From an uncultured Nanoarchaeota archaeon (GTDB taxonomy: Archaea; Nanobdellota; Nanobdellia; Pacearchaeales; GW2011-AR1): a stretch of 64,000 nucleotides of DNA. Made by a program: the position numbers and the translations under genes. The notes under the pieces were generated by a model. That model was not told the DNA's origin, made no database searches, and saw only the letters and a list, made by a program, of their open reading frames with translations. Of this stretch, positions 47,012-59,014 are shown one piece after another. Every line of letters starts with the position of its first letter. Position 1 is the first letter of the stretch. Location of the stretch: positions 132,944-196,943 of the forward strand of contig CAVUQF010000003.1 in the NCBI GenBank assembly GCA_963743615.1. The letters run 5' to 3'.

Positions 47012-48373
47012 ATGGCATTGAGTGTTTTTGGTTCAAAGAGGGGTATATCTTCGATTATTGCTACATTGATATTGGTTCTCTTAACTATTGTTTTGATAGG
47101 AATAATCTGGGCTGTTGTAAATAATCTAGTAACCACTTCATCGAAGCAGATTTCTTCTGGTGAGGCATGTTTAACCTCTCAGGTTCAGACTGTTTCTTTT
47201 TTATGTACTCAATCTGGAAGTGATTGCAATGTTACAATAAAAAGAACTTCAGGGGGAGATCCTATTGGAGGAATTAGACTAGTTTTTATTAATGATAATC
47301 AAGACTCAAATAGTAGTTATTCTTTGGGAGATATTCAAACACTCGCGACCAAGGTTATCCATGTTACAAATATCGGTGTTTCCAATATAACTCAGGTAGG
47401 CTCTGCAATTTATTTTTTGGATTCTTCTGGGACTATTTCTCCTTGCTCTGTTTTAAGTGAATCTGTGGGAATGGTAAACTCTCAGACAGGGCTTACGGGG
47501 AGTTCGGAAGGACAATCTGGAGGGTCTTCAGGAGGATCTTCAGGAGGATCTTCGAATGGAGGAAGTTCAGGATCGAATACTTATTCGTGCGTTCCTGAAG
47601 GTTCAGATATTGCATCGCTTTGTACAAATTATCAGTGCGGGTTTGTGAATAATGGAACTTGCGGGATTGTATCTTGCGGACAGTGTGGAGTTTCACAATA
47701 TTGTGATTCAAGTCATACTTGCCAAAATTCAGGGAGTACATGTACTCCTTCGGTTGATCCAACTTTTTCAATTCTTTGCGGGAGCTATCAGTGTGGGTAT
47801 GTAGGCAATGGTACTTGCGGAAGTGTAAGTTGCGGAACATGTGGCACAGGCCAGTATTGTGATTTAGGTACCAATATGTGTGATAATATTTCAACCTGTA
47901 TTTCGGCTCCTTCAGATTTTTGTTCATCCCATAATTATCAGTGCGGACAGTTTAACAATGGGACCTGTGGGAATATGATTTCTTGCGGCATTTTAGGAAC
48001 CTCCGATGGCTGCAGTATTCCTTCTTTTTGTAATTCGACTTATCAGTGCCAGTCTCCAGTGATATTAAACTCGGGAGCAGTAACTTCAGTATGGCCCTCT
48101 GGTGCTGTGAGATTTTTCCAAGGAAGTAATCTTCCTTTAGATCAGAGCGATGATGACAACTTAGGGGTTTTGACTAGTTATGTAAGATTCCCTGGCGAAA
48201 CCCATCAAACTGATTGCACTCTAATTTCTTTTGTGCAGTATCTATCCCAATCAGGCAATTCTTTTGTTTCTTTGAGCCTTCCTGTTGGGACCTCGTTGAA
48301 CATAATTGCAGGGGATAATTATGAAATTTGGAGCACTCAGAGTGGATGCTTGCATGCAGCTGGTTTGATTTGA
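47012..48373 (+). CDS. Type IV pilin-like protein with Ser/Gly linker and Cys-rich repeats
   Basis: Class III signal peptide KRG|ISSIIATLILVLLTIVLIGIIW; three ..YQCG..NNGTCG..SCG repeats. Confidence 0.8.
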   Translation: MALSVFGSKRGISSIIATLILVLLTIVLIGIIWAVVNNLVTTSSKQISSGEACLTSQVQTVSFLCTQSGSDCNVTIKRTSGGDPIGGIRLVFINDNQDSNSSYSLGDIQTLATKVIHVTNIGVSNITQVGSAIYFLDSSGTISPCSVLSESVGMVNSQTGLTGSSEGQSGGSSGGSSGGSSNGGSSGSNTYSCVPEGSDIASLCTNYQCGFVNNGTCGIVSCGQCGVSQYCDSSHTCQNSGSTCTPSVDPTFSILCGSYQCGYVGNGTCGSVSCGTCGTGQYCDLGTNMCDNISTCISAPSDFCSSHNYQCGQFNNGTCGNMISCGILGTSDGCSIPSFCNSTYQCQSPVILNSGAVTSVWPSGAVRFFQGSNLPLDQSDDDNLGVLTSYVRFPGETHQTDCTLISFVQYLSQSGNSFVSLSLPVGTSLNIIAGDNYEIWSTQSGCLHAAGLI

Positions 48374-48414
48374 CTTCTAATAAGATTTTTATACTCTTTT
48401 TAGCTTAATCAGCG

Positions 48415-51400
48415 ATGAATAAAAAGAGGTTTTTATTTGTAGTTCTACTGCTAGTTTTTGTCTTGTTTTCTAGCAGAGTTTTTGCGACAACTTATCAGTG
48501 CAATTCCTGTGGAACATGCACTAGCGATCTTTCAAGTGCTTCATCTGGGGATGTTGTCAAGTTGAACACCTCAATAACTTTGGCTTCTTATAATGCGGGA
48601 TGTGTAAATTTTTCAAAATCCAATGTGACTTTTGATTGTCAGAACTATTCCAACTATATCCAAGGTTATGCCTTTTGGGGCATTGGAGTTTACTTTGGCG
48701 GACAGAATAATACAGTTAAGAATTGTAACATATCCAATTTTAATAGTGGAATTTCTTTTGATTACGGAAATTTCGAGTCAGATAATGATACAATAGCCAA
48801 TGTAACTATAAGTAACGGCGATTTTGGAATTGAGCTTTTTGGTTCAAATAACGTCTTGACTAATATAACTACAAGTAATGCTAATAATTACGGAATTTAT
48901 CTAGGTTCAAATTCAGTCAACAATACTTTGTCAAACATAAATGCCACTTTAGGTAATTACGGAATTTATCTAGATTCAAATTCAGTCAACAATACTTTGT
49001 CAAATATAAATGCAAGTTTGGATAATGACGGAATTTATCTAGATTCAAATTCAGTCAACAATACTTTGTCAAATATAAATGCAAGTTTGGATAATGACGG
49101 AATTTATCTAGGTTATTCAATCAACAATACTTTGTCAAACATAAATGCAAGTTTGGATGCCTCCTACGGAATCTGGATCTATTCTGGTTCAGACAATAAC
49201 TTTACTAACATAATCACAGATTTGAGCGCTGATTACGGAATCTATATCTATTCTGATTTAAGTGACAGTATGTTTAGTAATGTGGACACAAGTTCGAAAA
49301 GTCTTTATGGTTATGGAAATGGTGTGGGAATTTATCTAGGTTCAAATTCAGTCAACAATACTTTGTCAAATATAAATGCAAGTTTGGATAATGACGGAAT
49401 TTATCTAGGTTCAAATTCAGTCAACAATACTTTGTCAAATATAAATGCAAGTTTGGATAATGACGGAATTTATCTAGGTTCAAATTCAGTCAACAATACT
49501 TTGTCAAATATAAATGCAAGTTTGGATAATGACGGAATTTATCTAGGTTCAAATTCAGTCAACAATACAAATTCAGTCAACAATACTTTGTCAAATATAA
49601 ATGCCACTTCAGATGGTTACGGAATTTCTCTTAGTAGTTCATATAATAATACTTTGTCAAACATAAATGCAAATTTGGCAGACGATGCTGGGATTTCTGT
49701 TCAAGATTCAAGTGGTAACATATTTTATGATATGAATTTGAGTGGCATTTATATGATTGGTGGTTCAAATAATAACACTTTTGATAATATAACCATAAAT
49801 TCTCCGGAAGATGGAGTTATTTTACAAAGTAGTTCAAATAATACTTTTGAGGATATTGCTCTGATTTCTGGAGGCGATGGATTTAATTTGCAAAGTAGCT
49901 CAATTAATAATACTTTTGATAATATAACCATAAATTCTTCCGGAAATGGAATTTACGCGGATAGGCTCTCTTCAAATAATAATTTAATGGCTGTAACAGT
50001 AGACTCAGCGTCTTACGGGATTGCCATTTCATCTATTGGTAATTCTATGATAAACTCTAACATAAGCGGAAGTAGCTTTCTTAATTTCGATGCTTCTCCA
50101 TCTCAATTTGTAAATCTATCAAATGATACGGTAGATTATTCTTACGAGATATATAATAACTCATTATCTTCCAACTATATTTTCGATCCAACAAATGAAC
50201 CAAATGCGGGTATGATTATCTGCGATGACTGCGATAACGTAACTTACGACAATATGAATTTAAGCCATAAAAATTATGCAGGGTTGTATCTCTCACACAT
50301 CAAATTCTTTTGTTAATAATATTACATCCACCTCAAATTATGATGGTGTCCTTCTGTCTGGTGCAAACAATGAACTTTTCAATGTAACCGCAAATAATGC
50401 TAGTAATTACGGAATTTATCTAGGTTATTCAGTCAACAATACTTTGTCAAACATAAATGCCACTTTAGGTAATTACGGAATTTATCTGATGCAGATTCAG
50501 GGGAGAATACTTTGTCAAACATAAATGCAAGTTTTGATGCCTACGGAATTTCTGATGCAAGTTCAGGGGGGGATACTTTATCAAACATAGTTGCAAATTA
50601 CGATTCTTATTCTGGGGTTTCAGTTGAAGGGCTTGATGACATTTTGACAAATATTACTGCCGATTATATGACATCAAATGGAGGGAGAAGAGCGACTTAT
50701 TCAGCAGTAGAGATAGGGGGATCAAGTAATATAATCTCAAATGTGGATGCATCTTATGCAGTGTCTGAAGGGGGGATTGAGATGGTGGGGGATGAGGATA
50801 GTCTGACAAATATTACTGCTGATTATGATTTTGGTTATGGAATTTCTATTTCTTCTTCACATGATAACGTATTTAGCAACATAGATGCAAGCTACACTTA
50901 TGATAGTGGCGGAGGTTCTTCCGCTGCTTATGGTATAGAAGAACTTTACAGCACGGGGGATACTTGGAATAGTATAAATTCGGTGGGGGATCAGGGGATT
51001 TTATTGACCTCCTCTTCGGGAGATTTGCTATCCGATCTAAGCTTAGGAAATTTTTCAGGATCTTCTTGCGGGATTAACTTAGATTCTTATTCTTCGAATA
51101 ATACTTTGACTAGTGTAGTTGCAAACAATTGTAGTGATTCAAATGCGATTACTCTATACGGTTTCAATAATACATTAATCAATGTAACTGCAGATTTAAG
51201 CTCTAATGATGGAATTTATGTTTCGAATAGGGATAATATTTTGTATGGAATAGTTACAAACTCAGATAATTATGGAATTTATCTTGACGCTGGTTCAAAC
51301 GATGATAATATGACCGATGTTACCTCCTATGGAAATGTATACGGGGTTTATTTTTTTGAGTCTTATGACAATTCATTAACTAGTTCTTATGTTATAAATA

Positions 51401-54400
51401 ATTCCGCTATTGGGTTGGTCTTCGCGGGATCATATTCTAACTATGTATATAACAATTTGTTTAATAATACGGATAATTATGAGAATGTAGGGGGTGATGT
51501 GGAAGCAAATTATTTTAATACTTCTTTAATTTTAGGAACCAATATTCTTGGAGGATCAAATATTGGAGGGAATTATTGGGGCAACTGGAGTGCTCCCGGA
51601 ACCGGATTTTCTGATACTTGTACAGATGTAAATTTTGATGGGATTTGTGATTCTGCTTACCTTTTGTCAGACGGAGTGAACTATGATTACTTGTCTTTGA
51701 GCCTTATTCAACCTCCTGGATCTTCAGGAGGGAGTAGTTCTGGAACCGGATCTTCTGATTCATCATCAATAGGTGAATGGTCGATGTTTGGAAGAAATCT
51801 GGATAATACGAGAAATTATCCTGGATTTGTTAATGTGACTAGTTTTGGACCACTATGGAATTATACTACCGGAGGTTCTATTACTTCTTCTCCAGCTATC
51901 TCCAATGGAGTAGTTTATGTCGGCAGCGATGACGGAAATCTTTATGCTGTTGATGCAGCAAACGGAAATCAGTTATGGAGTTCTGTTATAGGGACTGCCG
52001 TTGGCTCTCCAGCTATCTCCAATGGAGTAGTTTATGTTGGGAATGACGGGGGTTACATTCATGCTATCAATGCAACAGATGGAAGTGCAATTTGGTCTTA
52101 TTATACAGGTGTCAGAGTTGGAATAAGGGCTTCTATTCAACCAGTTGTTGATAACGGAATAGCCTATTTTAATGGGCTTGATGGTAGTATTCATGCCCTT
52201 GATGCAGCAAACGGAAGTCAGTTATGGAATTATAGCACTGGAGGTTCCACTATTACCTCTTCACCGGCGATCTCAAACGGGGTTGTCTATTTTGGAAGTC
52301 AGGTAGGTATTGTCTATGCTGTGAATACAGCAAACGGAGATCAATTATGGAATTATACTACAGGAGATGCTGTTGGATCTCTGGCAATTTCCAATGGAGT
52401 AGTTTATGTTGGTAGTAATAATGGAAATCTTTATGCTCTTGATGCAGCAAACGGAAATCAGTTATGGAGTTATCCTACGGGAGGTGCTGTTGGCTCTCCA
52501 GCTATCTCCAATGGGATAGTTTATGTTGGTAGTAATAATGGAAATCTTTATGCTCTTGATGCAGCAAACGGAAATCAGTTATGGAATTATACTACGGGAG
52601 GTGCTGTTGGCTCTCCAGCTATCTCCAATGGATTAGTTTGGGTTGGAAGTGGCGATGGGAATCTTTATGCTTTTAATACAACAGACGGAAATCAGTTATG
52701 GAATTATCCAATCCCTGCTGAAGGTTCCGTTGGCTCTCCAGCTATCTCCAATGGAGTAGTTTATGTTGGAAGTAATAGCGGAAATCTTTATGCATTTGCT
52801 TATATTGCTCCAGGCGTAGGTTCTTCTGATTCATCATCAATAGGTGAATGGTCGATGTTTGGAAGAAATCTGGATAATACGAGAAATTATCCTGGATTTG
52901 TTAATGTGACTAGTTTTGGACCACTATGGAATTATACTACAGGAGGTGCTGTTGGCTCTCCAGCTATCTCCAATGGAGTAGTTTATGTCGGCAGCGATGA
53001 CGGAAATCTTTATGCTCTTAATTCTACAAACGGAAGTCAGTTATGGAATTATACTACAGAAAGTCTTGTTGATTATTCGCCAGCGATCTCAAACGGAATT
53101 GTCTACTTCGGAAGTTATAATAATCCTGTCTATGCTATTAATTCTACGAACGGAAATCAGTTATGGAATTATACTACAGATAGTATTGTTGATTCTTCTC
53201 CAGCAGTTTACAAGGGAGTAGTTTATATTGGCAGTGCTGCAGGTAATCTTTATGCTCTTAACTCTACAAACGGATATAAGTTATGGAATTATCCAATCCC
53301 TGCTGAAGGTTCTGTTGGCTCTCCAGCTATCTCCAATGGAGTAGTTTATGTTGGAAGTAATAGCGGAAATCTTTATGCTATTAGTGCAATAAACGGAAAT
53401 CAATTATGGAATTATCAAAGCTCTACCGGAGGTTCTGTTGGCTCTCCAGCTATCTCCAATGGAGTAGTTTATGTCGGCAGCGATGACGGAAATCTTTATG
53501 CTATTAGTGCAATAAACGGAAATCAGTTATGGAATTATACTACCGGAGGTTCTGTTGGCTCTCCAGCTATCTCCAATGGAGTAGTTTATGTCGGCAGCGA
53601 TGACGGAAATCTTTATGCTTTTAATACAACAAACGGAAATCAGTTATGGAGTTATACTACGGGAGGTGCTGTTGGCTCTCCAGCTATCTCCAATGGAGTA
53701 GTTTATGTCGGCAGCGATGACGGAAATCTTTATGCTTTTAATACAACAAACGGAAATCAGTTATGGAGTTATACTACGGGAGGTGCTGTTGGCTCTCCGG
53801 CAATTTCCAATGGGATAGTTTATGTTGGAAGTGGCGATGCTAATCTTTATGCATTTTCTTCCAATGTGCCAACAATTACATTGAATGCTCCAGCAGATGA
53901 TTATACTTCTTCTGTATCAAGTGTCACTTTTAATGCCACTGTGGCTTCTATTAGGCAAATTGCAAATGTTTCCTTAATTCTAGACGGGGCGGTAAGTCAG
54001 ACAAATTTTAGCGGAATAGACAATGGAGATTATCTTTTTACATCAGATCTTGCAGATGGAAATTATCTTTGGGCTTATCAGGCATGTGATGTTTCTGACT
54101 CTTGTGCGACTTCACAAGTGCAGAGTTTAACTGTTTCAACTTCAGGAGGAAATAATGGAGGAACAGGAGGTAGCCCTTCAGGGAGTTCGGGAAGTGGAGG
54201 CGGTTCCGGAACTCCGTATGTAGTTGGGAATTCTAATATTTCCAGCACTCCTACAGAATATTCCTTCTATCCGAATATTCCTATAACTATACTGATAAAT
54301 GTAGCCGGGCTTGATTTGACAAAGCTAGTAATTGTGCCAAACAGGACAATCCAGAGTGTTTCAGTGTCTGCAGCTTTGGCTGCTAAAGTGTCCAAAGCAT

Positions 54401-54975
54401 CCTTAAATACTTCCCTGCTTGGTCAGGTATATCAGTCTTTCCAGATAAATACAGTAAATGTAACTGATTCGGATCTGACAAATGCCTCTTTTTATTTCAG
54501 AGTAAACGCAAGTTGGGTAACTGCAAATGATCTTGGTCCGGAAAATGCTGTGTTATTTAGAAACACCGGAACAAGATGGGTTCCAATTAATGCAACTTTT
54601 GTATCAAGTGATTCTAAATATTACTACTACACTGCATTGTCTCCCGGGCTTTCTGAGTATTCCATCTTTGTTGAAAATTCGGAATGCAACTTCGGAGATA
54701 TTAGATGCTTAGGCAATGATTTCCAGTTTTGCAGTCTGAAGGGATCTTGGATGGTTGTACAGGCATGCCAGTATGGATGCAAAGATTTCGCATGCATCCC
54801 AAATCCTAATTCAGCAGGAAACAAGATTGCTGATTTGGTTAATAACATAAAATCCAATACGGGAGAGTATTTGTTTTATCTTGTAATTTTAATTATCCTG
54901 GTAGGAATTTTGCTTTTGGTCTTCCTATTGTACAGATATATCTCTGGGAGATCTGGAGAAAGGAGAAGAAGATAG
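48415..54975 (+). CDS. Giant surface protein (NosD-like parallel beta-helix, two PQQ/BamB-like propellers, PGF-pre-PGF-like domain, C-terminal TM), split by two frameshifts near 50300 and 50490
   Basis: ORFs 48415-50316, 50276-50524 and 50512-54975 continue the same repeat pattern; first and third are in the same frame; SSPAISNGVVYVGSDDGNLYA repeats; FRVNASWV...ALSPGLSEYSI. Confidence 0.85.
48892..49610 (+). repeat. 69-bp (23-aa) beta-helix tandem repeats
   Basis: Units start ggaatttatctag at 48892, 48961, 49030, 49099, 49327, 49396, 49465, 49534; another at 50411. Confidence 0.92.
51751..52940 (+). repeat. 119-bp direct repeat (51751-51869 and 52822-52940) opening each propeller
   Basis: tcttctgattcatcatcaatagg...ggaattatactac, 1071 bp apart; followed by many near-identical ~114-120-bp blade repeats to about 53860. 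Confidence 0.9.
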
Positions 54976-55058
54976 ACAGGACTTCTCTCTTTTGCTAAAA
55001 AGTTAGCGTAAAATTATAATTTGGTTCTTTTCACTTGCGGGGATTCCTATCAATAAAC

Positions 55059-55820
55059 TCAATTGAATTTAATTTTCTTGAATGAATAAGCTCCTACTAA
55101 GATCATAATCAGAGCGAATATAGCTAGTACTGTGAAACTTAACAAAGGATTTATGTTAAACACTCCAGATAGTCCATATCTTACTCCCTGCACACCGTAT
55201 GTCAGTGGGTCTATGTATGTGATTATTTTCATCCAGGAGGGGAGACTGGTTAAGGGGAACAGAGCTCCGGATAGTGCAAAAATAGGCAGTACTACAAAGT
55301 TCATTACAAGCCCAAATCCGCTGAAGTCTTCCATTCTAGAAGCAATTGCAACTCCGAGGGCGGTGAACGCAATACCTACCAAGATCATAAAACAAAGTGC
55401 TATTAAGAACCCTCCTAAAGTAAGAGTAGTTAATGCAGTTATCCTTGATTCTACCAATAAACCTATCACCATTATTAGTATACCTTGTATACAGGCGGTA
55501 GTTGCTCCCCCTAGTGTTTGCCCCAACATTATCTGGAGCCTTGAGACGGGAGCTACGAGGGTTTCTTTAAGAAATCCAAACTGTTTATCCCAGATTATCT
55601 GAATTCCCGAGGTTACTGATGCGAATAAAACACTCATAACGACAATTCCCGGAATGAGGAATCCGACATAGCCTGTGCCTCCAATAGTTACTACAGAATT
55701 TAATCCGAAGGCTACTAGAAGAATAAGCAAAGGAGGTCCGAAGCTTCCAATGAGCCTGCTCTTCGAACGTACAAAACGTATCAGGCTTCTCATCCATAGC
55801 GTGGAAACTCCTTCTAGCAT
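55059..55820 (-). CDS. ABC-2 type permease
   Basis: FLIPGIVVM, DKQFGFLKETLVAPVSR, SGALFPL..LP.W...DPLTYGV. Confidence 0.92.
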   Translation of the reverse strand: MLEGVSTLWMRSLIRFVRSKSRLIGSFGPPLLILLVAFGLNSVVTIGGTGYVGFLIPGIVVMSVLFASVTSGIQIIWDKQFGFLKETLVAPVSRLQIMLGQTLGGATTACIQGILIMVIGLLVESRITALTTLTLGGFLIALCFMILVGIAFTALGVAIASRMEDFSGFGLVMNFVVLPIFALSGALFPLTSLPSWMKIITYIDPLTYGVQGVRYGLSGVFNINPLLSFTVLAIFALIMILVGAYSFKKIKFN

Positions 55821-55821
55821 C

Positions 55822-56817
55822 TTATCTCCTCCTGCTCCATGCGCTATGCCTCAAACGCATGTGCTCTCTTGGATCTGCCTCTTCCTCATGTATTGTCGTC
55901 CCGGTAAAATGCAGGAACACATCTTCCAAACTTGGCTCGTGCATTGAAATTGAGCTTATAGGAATTTTTTCTTTGTCAGAAACTTTTACTATCTCTGCGA
56001 CATGCTTTTCTGCATCATTTAAATTTATTGTAATTGAATCATCATGCTCTTGCATCTCTTTTATCCAGGAGAATTTTTTTAATTTGGGCCTTAACATCTT
56101 AACTTTTGGGGAATCTATTGTTATAACATCTCCACCAATGCTTTCTTTGAGAGATTTCGGATTTCCTGTCGCTATTATTTTTCCTTTATTGATTATTGCG
56201 AGGTTATCACATAACTTGTCTGCTTCATCCATATAGTGAGTGGTAAGGATTACAGTTACACCTTTCTCTTTGTTCAGTTTTTGGATATATTCCCAGATTA
56301 TGTTTCTGGTCTGCGGATCCAGCCCTAGTGTGGGTTCATCTAAAAACAAGACTTTGGGATTATGCATTAAACCACGTGCAATTTCAAGCCTTCTTCTCAT
56401 TCCTCCAGAAAAAGTTTTTATCAAGTCATTTCTCCTCTCTTCCAATCCAACCAGCTTTAACATTTGAGTTATCCTCTCTTCTCTTAATTTTTTTGGTATA
56501 TGATACAGTCTCCCATGGAAATTCATATTTTCGAATGCTGTAAGCTGATCATCAAGGCTTGGATCCTGGAATACGATTCCTATTGATTGCCTTACTTCGT
56601 TCTCATCTTTTGATATCTCAAAATTATCAATGAGGGCATTACCTGAAGTTGGCCTTAGTATTGTGGATAACATTGAAATTGTTGTACTTTTGCCTGCTCC
56701 GTTTGGGCCAAGCAATCCAAAGATTTCACCCTGTTCAATGTCAAAAGAAATTTTATTCACCGCGATGAGATCACCAAATTTTTTTGTGAGATTTTCTACT
56801 TTTACTACTTTAACCAT
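55822..56817 (-). CDS. ABC ATP-binding protein (DrrA-like)
   Basis: [45 protein letters not shown]. Confidence 0.93.
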   Translation of the reverse strand: MVKVVKVENLTKKFGDLIAVNKISFDIEQGEIFGLLGPNGAGKSTTISMLSTILRPTSGNALIDNFEISKDENEVRQSIGIVFQDPSLDDQLTAFENMNFHGRLYHIPKKLREERITQMLKLVGLEERRNDLIKTFSGGMRRRLEIARGLMHNPKVLFLDEPTLGLDPQTRNIIWEYIQKLNKEKGVTVILTTHYMDEADKLCDNLAIINKGKIIATGNPKSLKESIGGDVITIDSPKVKMLRPKLKKFSWIKEMQEHDDSITINLNDAEKHVAEIVKVSDKEKIPISSISMHEPSLEDVFLHFTGTTIHEEEADPREHMRLRHSAWSRRR

Positions 56818-56961
56818 TTTGCCTCTTGTATTTACTATTACATAAAGTTAATTTAAAAGTCTTGCGGACTTATTTTTTTAAGCCTATAATTATAATTGTG
56901 CTTACAAACAAAATAAATAGTAATATCATTGTTCCAATGATTACTCTGAATTTTTTGAGCC

Positions 56962-58266
56962 TCATTTTAAATCAAATATCTCTTCGTGTATTTTGTCCTT
57001 GCTGATTCTAAGGTCTCTCAGTTGTTTTACAATTTCTTCCTTGAATTTAATTGGACCGCAAACCAGAATTTCCGCATTGCTGAGTTCAACTGTTGTTCTT
57101 GCCATCTCTCCTATGTTGATGTGCCCTTTATTTTTCGAATTCCAGGTGATAAATTTAAGATTTTTCATTTTACCCATTCTCTCAAAGAGTTTTTTGTCAA
57201 CAATGTAATTTTCCCTAAATGTGTAGAAAAAAGTGACATCTATTTCAGGATTTTCTTCCAGATTTTCAACCATGCCCAGGAACGGAGTTATCCCTATACC
57301 TCCCGCAATCCAGACCTGTTTTTTACTATCAAAATTCTTGAAGTTGAATTTCCCGTAGGGTCCTTCCACGGTTACCTTGTCCCCTACTTTTAAATTAATA
57401 AGAGTATTTGTAAAATCACCAGACTCTTTCAATATGATCCTTATTATCTTATCATTACTTTTAGATGAAATTGAAAATGGGTGCGTTTCTCTTGAAACTT
57501 TTTGATTATTAAATTTTAAGAACACAAATTGGCCTGATTGATACTTTAGTTGTTTAGTTTCTGACTGGGGCTCTAAGTACAGGTTTATGATGTTTGTATT
57601 AATCCTAATTTCTTTAATTCTATAGGAATAATGCTTCAGGATTTTTCTTCTTATAATTAAGCTATAGCTAAATGCACTGATTCCGATTATTGCTATTATA
57701 GATGTAAAAATGTGATATCCTCCAAATCCTCCTTCTGGTACAAGAAATATGTGCAGAAGGGCAAGTATAAAGACTAAACCCATGAATTCGTGTGTATATT
57801 TCCAATAATTATATTTCATTCTGGTGAATAAAGTTATAAAAATTAGCGAGATGAATCCGATAATTGCTATCAATCCGAAATCCAGGAATAAGATGCTTCC
57901 AGGAATGAAAAAGCTTGCTGCCTGAATAATGCTTTTTGGGATAAAGCTTGCAGAAATAAGGATTGGGTGGGCAAGAATGAGCATAAAAGCAATTCCCCCA
58001 ACAATTCCATGAACGAGGTATACCTTGTCTAATCCTCCAAATATTTCTTCCAGAAACTTCAATCTAGTTGAAAGTACAAAATTGAGCGCAAAAAGGGTTA
58101 TTCCCCCTAAAGCGAATATTCTTCCTAGGGTGTACAAGGATAGCGAGAAATTTTTGAATCCCTGCATTCCAGATCCAAGCAGGAATAGGACTACTGGAAC
58201 AAGAGAGAGAAGTATAATGGAAGACCAACCAATAAATTCTTTAGATTTGGAATTTAATTTCATCAC
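56962..58266 (-). CDS. Ferric reductase-like transmembrane oxidoreductase (FAD/NAD-binding)
   Basis: TM His pairs (VHGIVG...AHP; THEF...LHI), HPFSISS, EGPYG, IAGGIGITPF, CGP. Confidence 0.9.
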   Translation of the reverse strand: MMKLNSKSKEFIGWSSIILLSLVPVVLFLLGSGMQGFKNFSLSLYTLGRIFALGGITLFALNFVLSTRLKFLEEIFGGLDKVYLVHGIVGGIAFMLILAHPILISASFIPKSIIQAASFFIPGSILFLDFGLIAIIGFISLIFITLFTRMKYNYWKYTHEFMGLVFILALLHIFLVPEGGFGGYHIFTSIIAIIGISAFSYSLIIRRKILKHYSYRIKEIRINTNIINLYLEPQSETKQLKYQSGQFVFLKFNNQKVSRETHPFSISSKSNDKIIRIILKESGDFTNTLINLKVGDKVTVEGPYGKFNFKNFDSKKQVWIAGGIGITPFLGMVENLEENPEIDVTFFYTFRENYIVDKKLFERMGKMKNLKFITWNSKNKGHINIGEMARTTVELSNAEILVCGPIKFKEEIVKQLRDLRISKDKIHEEIFDLK

Positions 58267-58305
58267 TTATTATCAAAAAAAGAATTTAAAAGTCTTGCGA
58301 ATTGA

Positions 58306-58671
58306 CTAGTGAACAATTATCTTTCCAGTCATTATTGGATTTATTGAACAGTGATAGCTGTATATCCCCGGATTTTTGAAGGTGTGAGAATAGCTACTTC
58401 CAGTGACCAACACGGGAGAGTTTAGTTCATTTCCCGCATCAGATGTTATTGTGTGTGGGGTTGGATCCATATTCGTCCAGGTTACTGTGCTGCCCGCCTT
58501 TATCATTATTTGGGAAGGAGAGAATGCAAAACTCTCTATTTGTATTTCATACCCCGATAAATTTGCCTTATTTCCTGAGGGAGACTGATATATATTCTTT
58601 ATTAACAAGAATGCTACTACAATAACAAGTGCAATAAAAATTACCAGGGGGATGATCAGGTTCTTTCTCAT
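58306..58671 (-). CDS. Membrane-anchored plastocyanin/cupredoxin-like protein
   Basis: FSPSQIMIKAGSTVTWTN.D.TPHTIT; YHCSINPIM. Confidence 0.85.
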   Translation of the reverse strand: MRKNLIIPLVIFIALVIVVAFLLIKNIYQSPSGNKANLSGYEIQIESFAFSPSQIMIKAGSTVTWTNMDPTPHTITSDAGNELNSPVLVTGSSYSHTFKNPGIYSYHCSINPIMTGKIIVH

Positions 58672-58732
58672 TTATTCTACAGATAGAGAAAGATTATTTA
58701 TAAATTTTTTTCAAATAAGAGTTTTTCAGGAT

Positions 58733-58909
58733 TCATTTGGTTACATTGCAAATGTTCTGCAAGTATCTTAAGTCATAAGTATTCCAAGAGGTTTTTGGGA
58801 ACCATCCTAAGGTGAAAGCAAGTACAAGGAAAATACTAGCAAGGCACACGATTAAAATAATAATCTCTAACATTATTAATATTTTTACGTTTACATCCAT
58901 CTTTTTCAT
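58733..58909 (-). CDS. Small single-TM hypothetical protein (58 aa)
   Basis: Manual translation MKKMDVNVKILIMLEIIILIVCLASIFLVLAFTLGWFPKTSWNTYDLRYLQNICNVTK; fills the gap. Confidence 0.55.
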   Translation of the reverse strand: MKKMDVNVKILIMLEIIILIVCLASIFLVLAFTLGWFPKTSWNTYDLRYLQNICNVTK

Positions 58910-59014
58910 TTATGCATTTATGTCAAATCTATTTTTATACTTTCTGATTCAGCTCGCTAAATCATCCAGTAATTTTAAAAGAAACAAATAAAAAAATAAA
59001 AAAATAAAAAAAGT

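Noticed and set aside
48892-53860. Repeats in the giant surface gene as DGR template/variable repeats or CRISPR
   Set aside because: They are coding tandem repeats, I saw no adenine-specific mismatch pattern, and there is no reverse transcriptase in the window.
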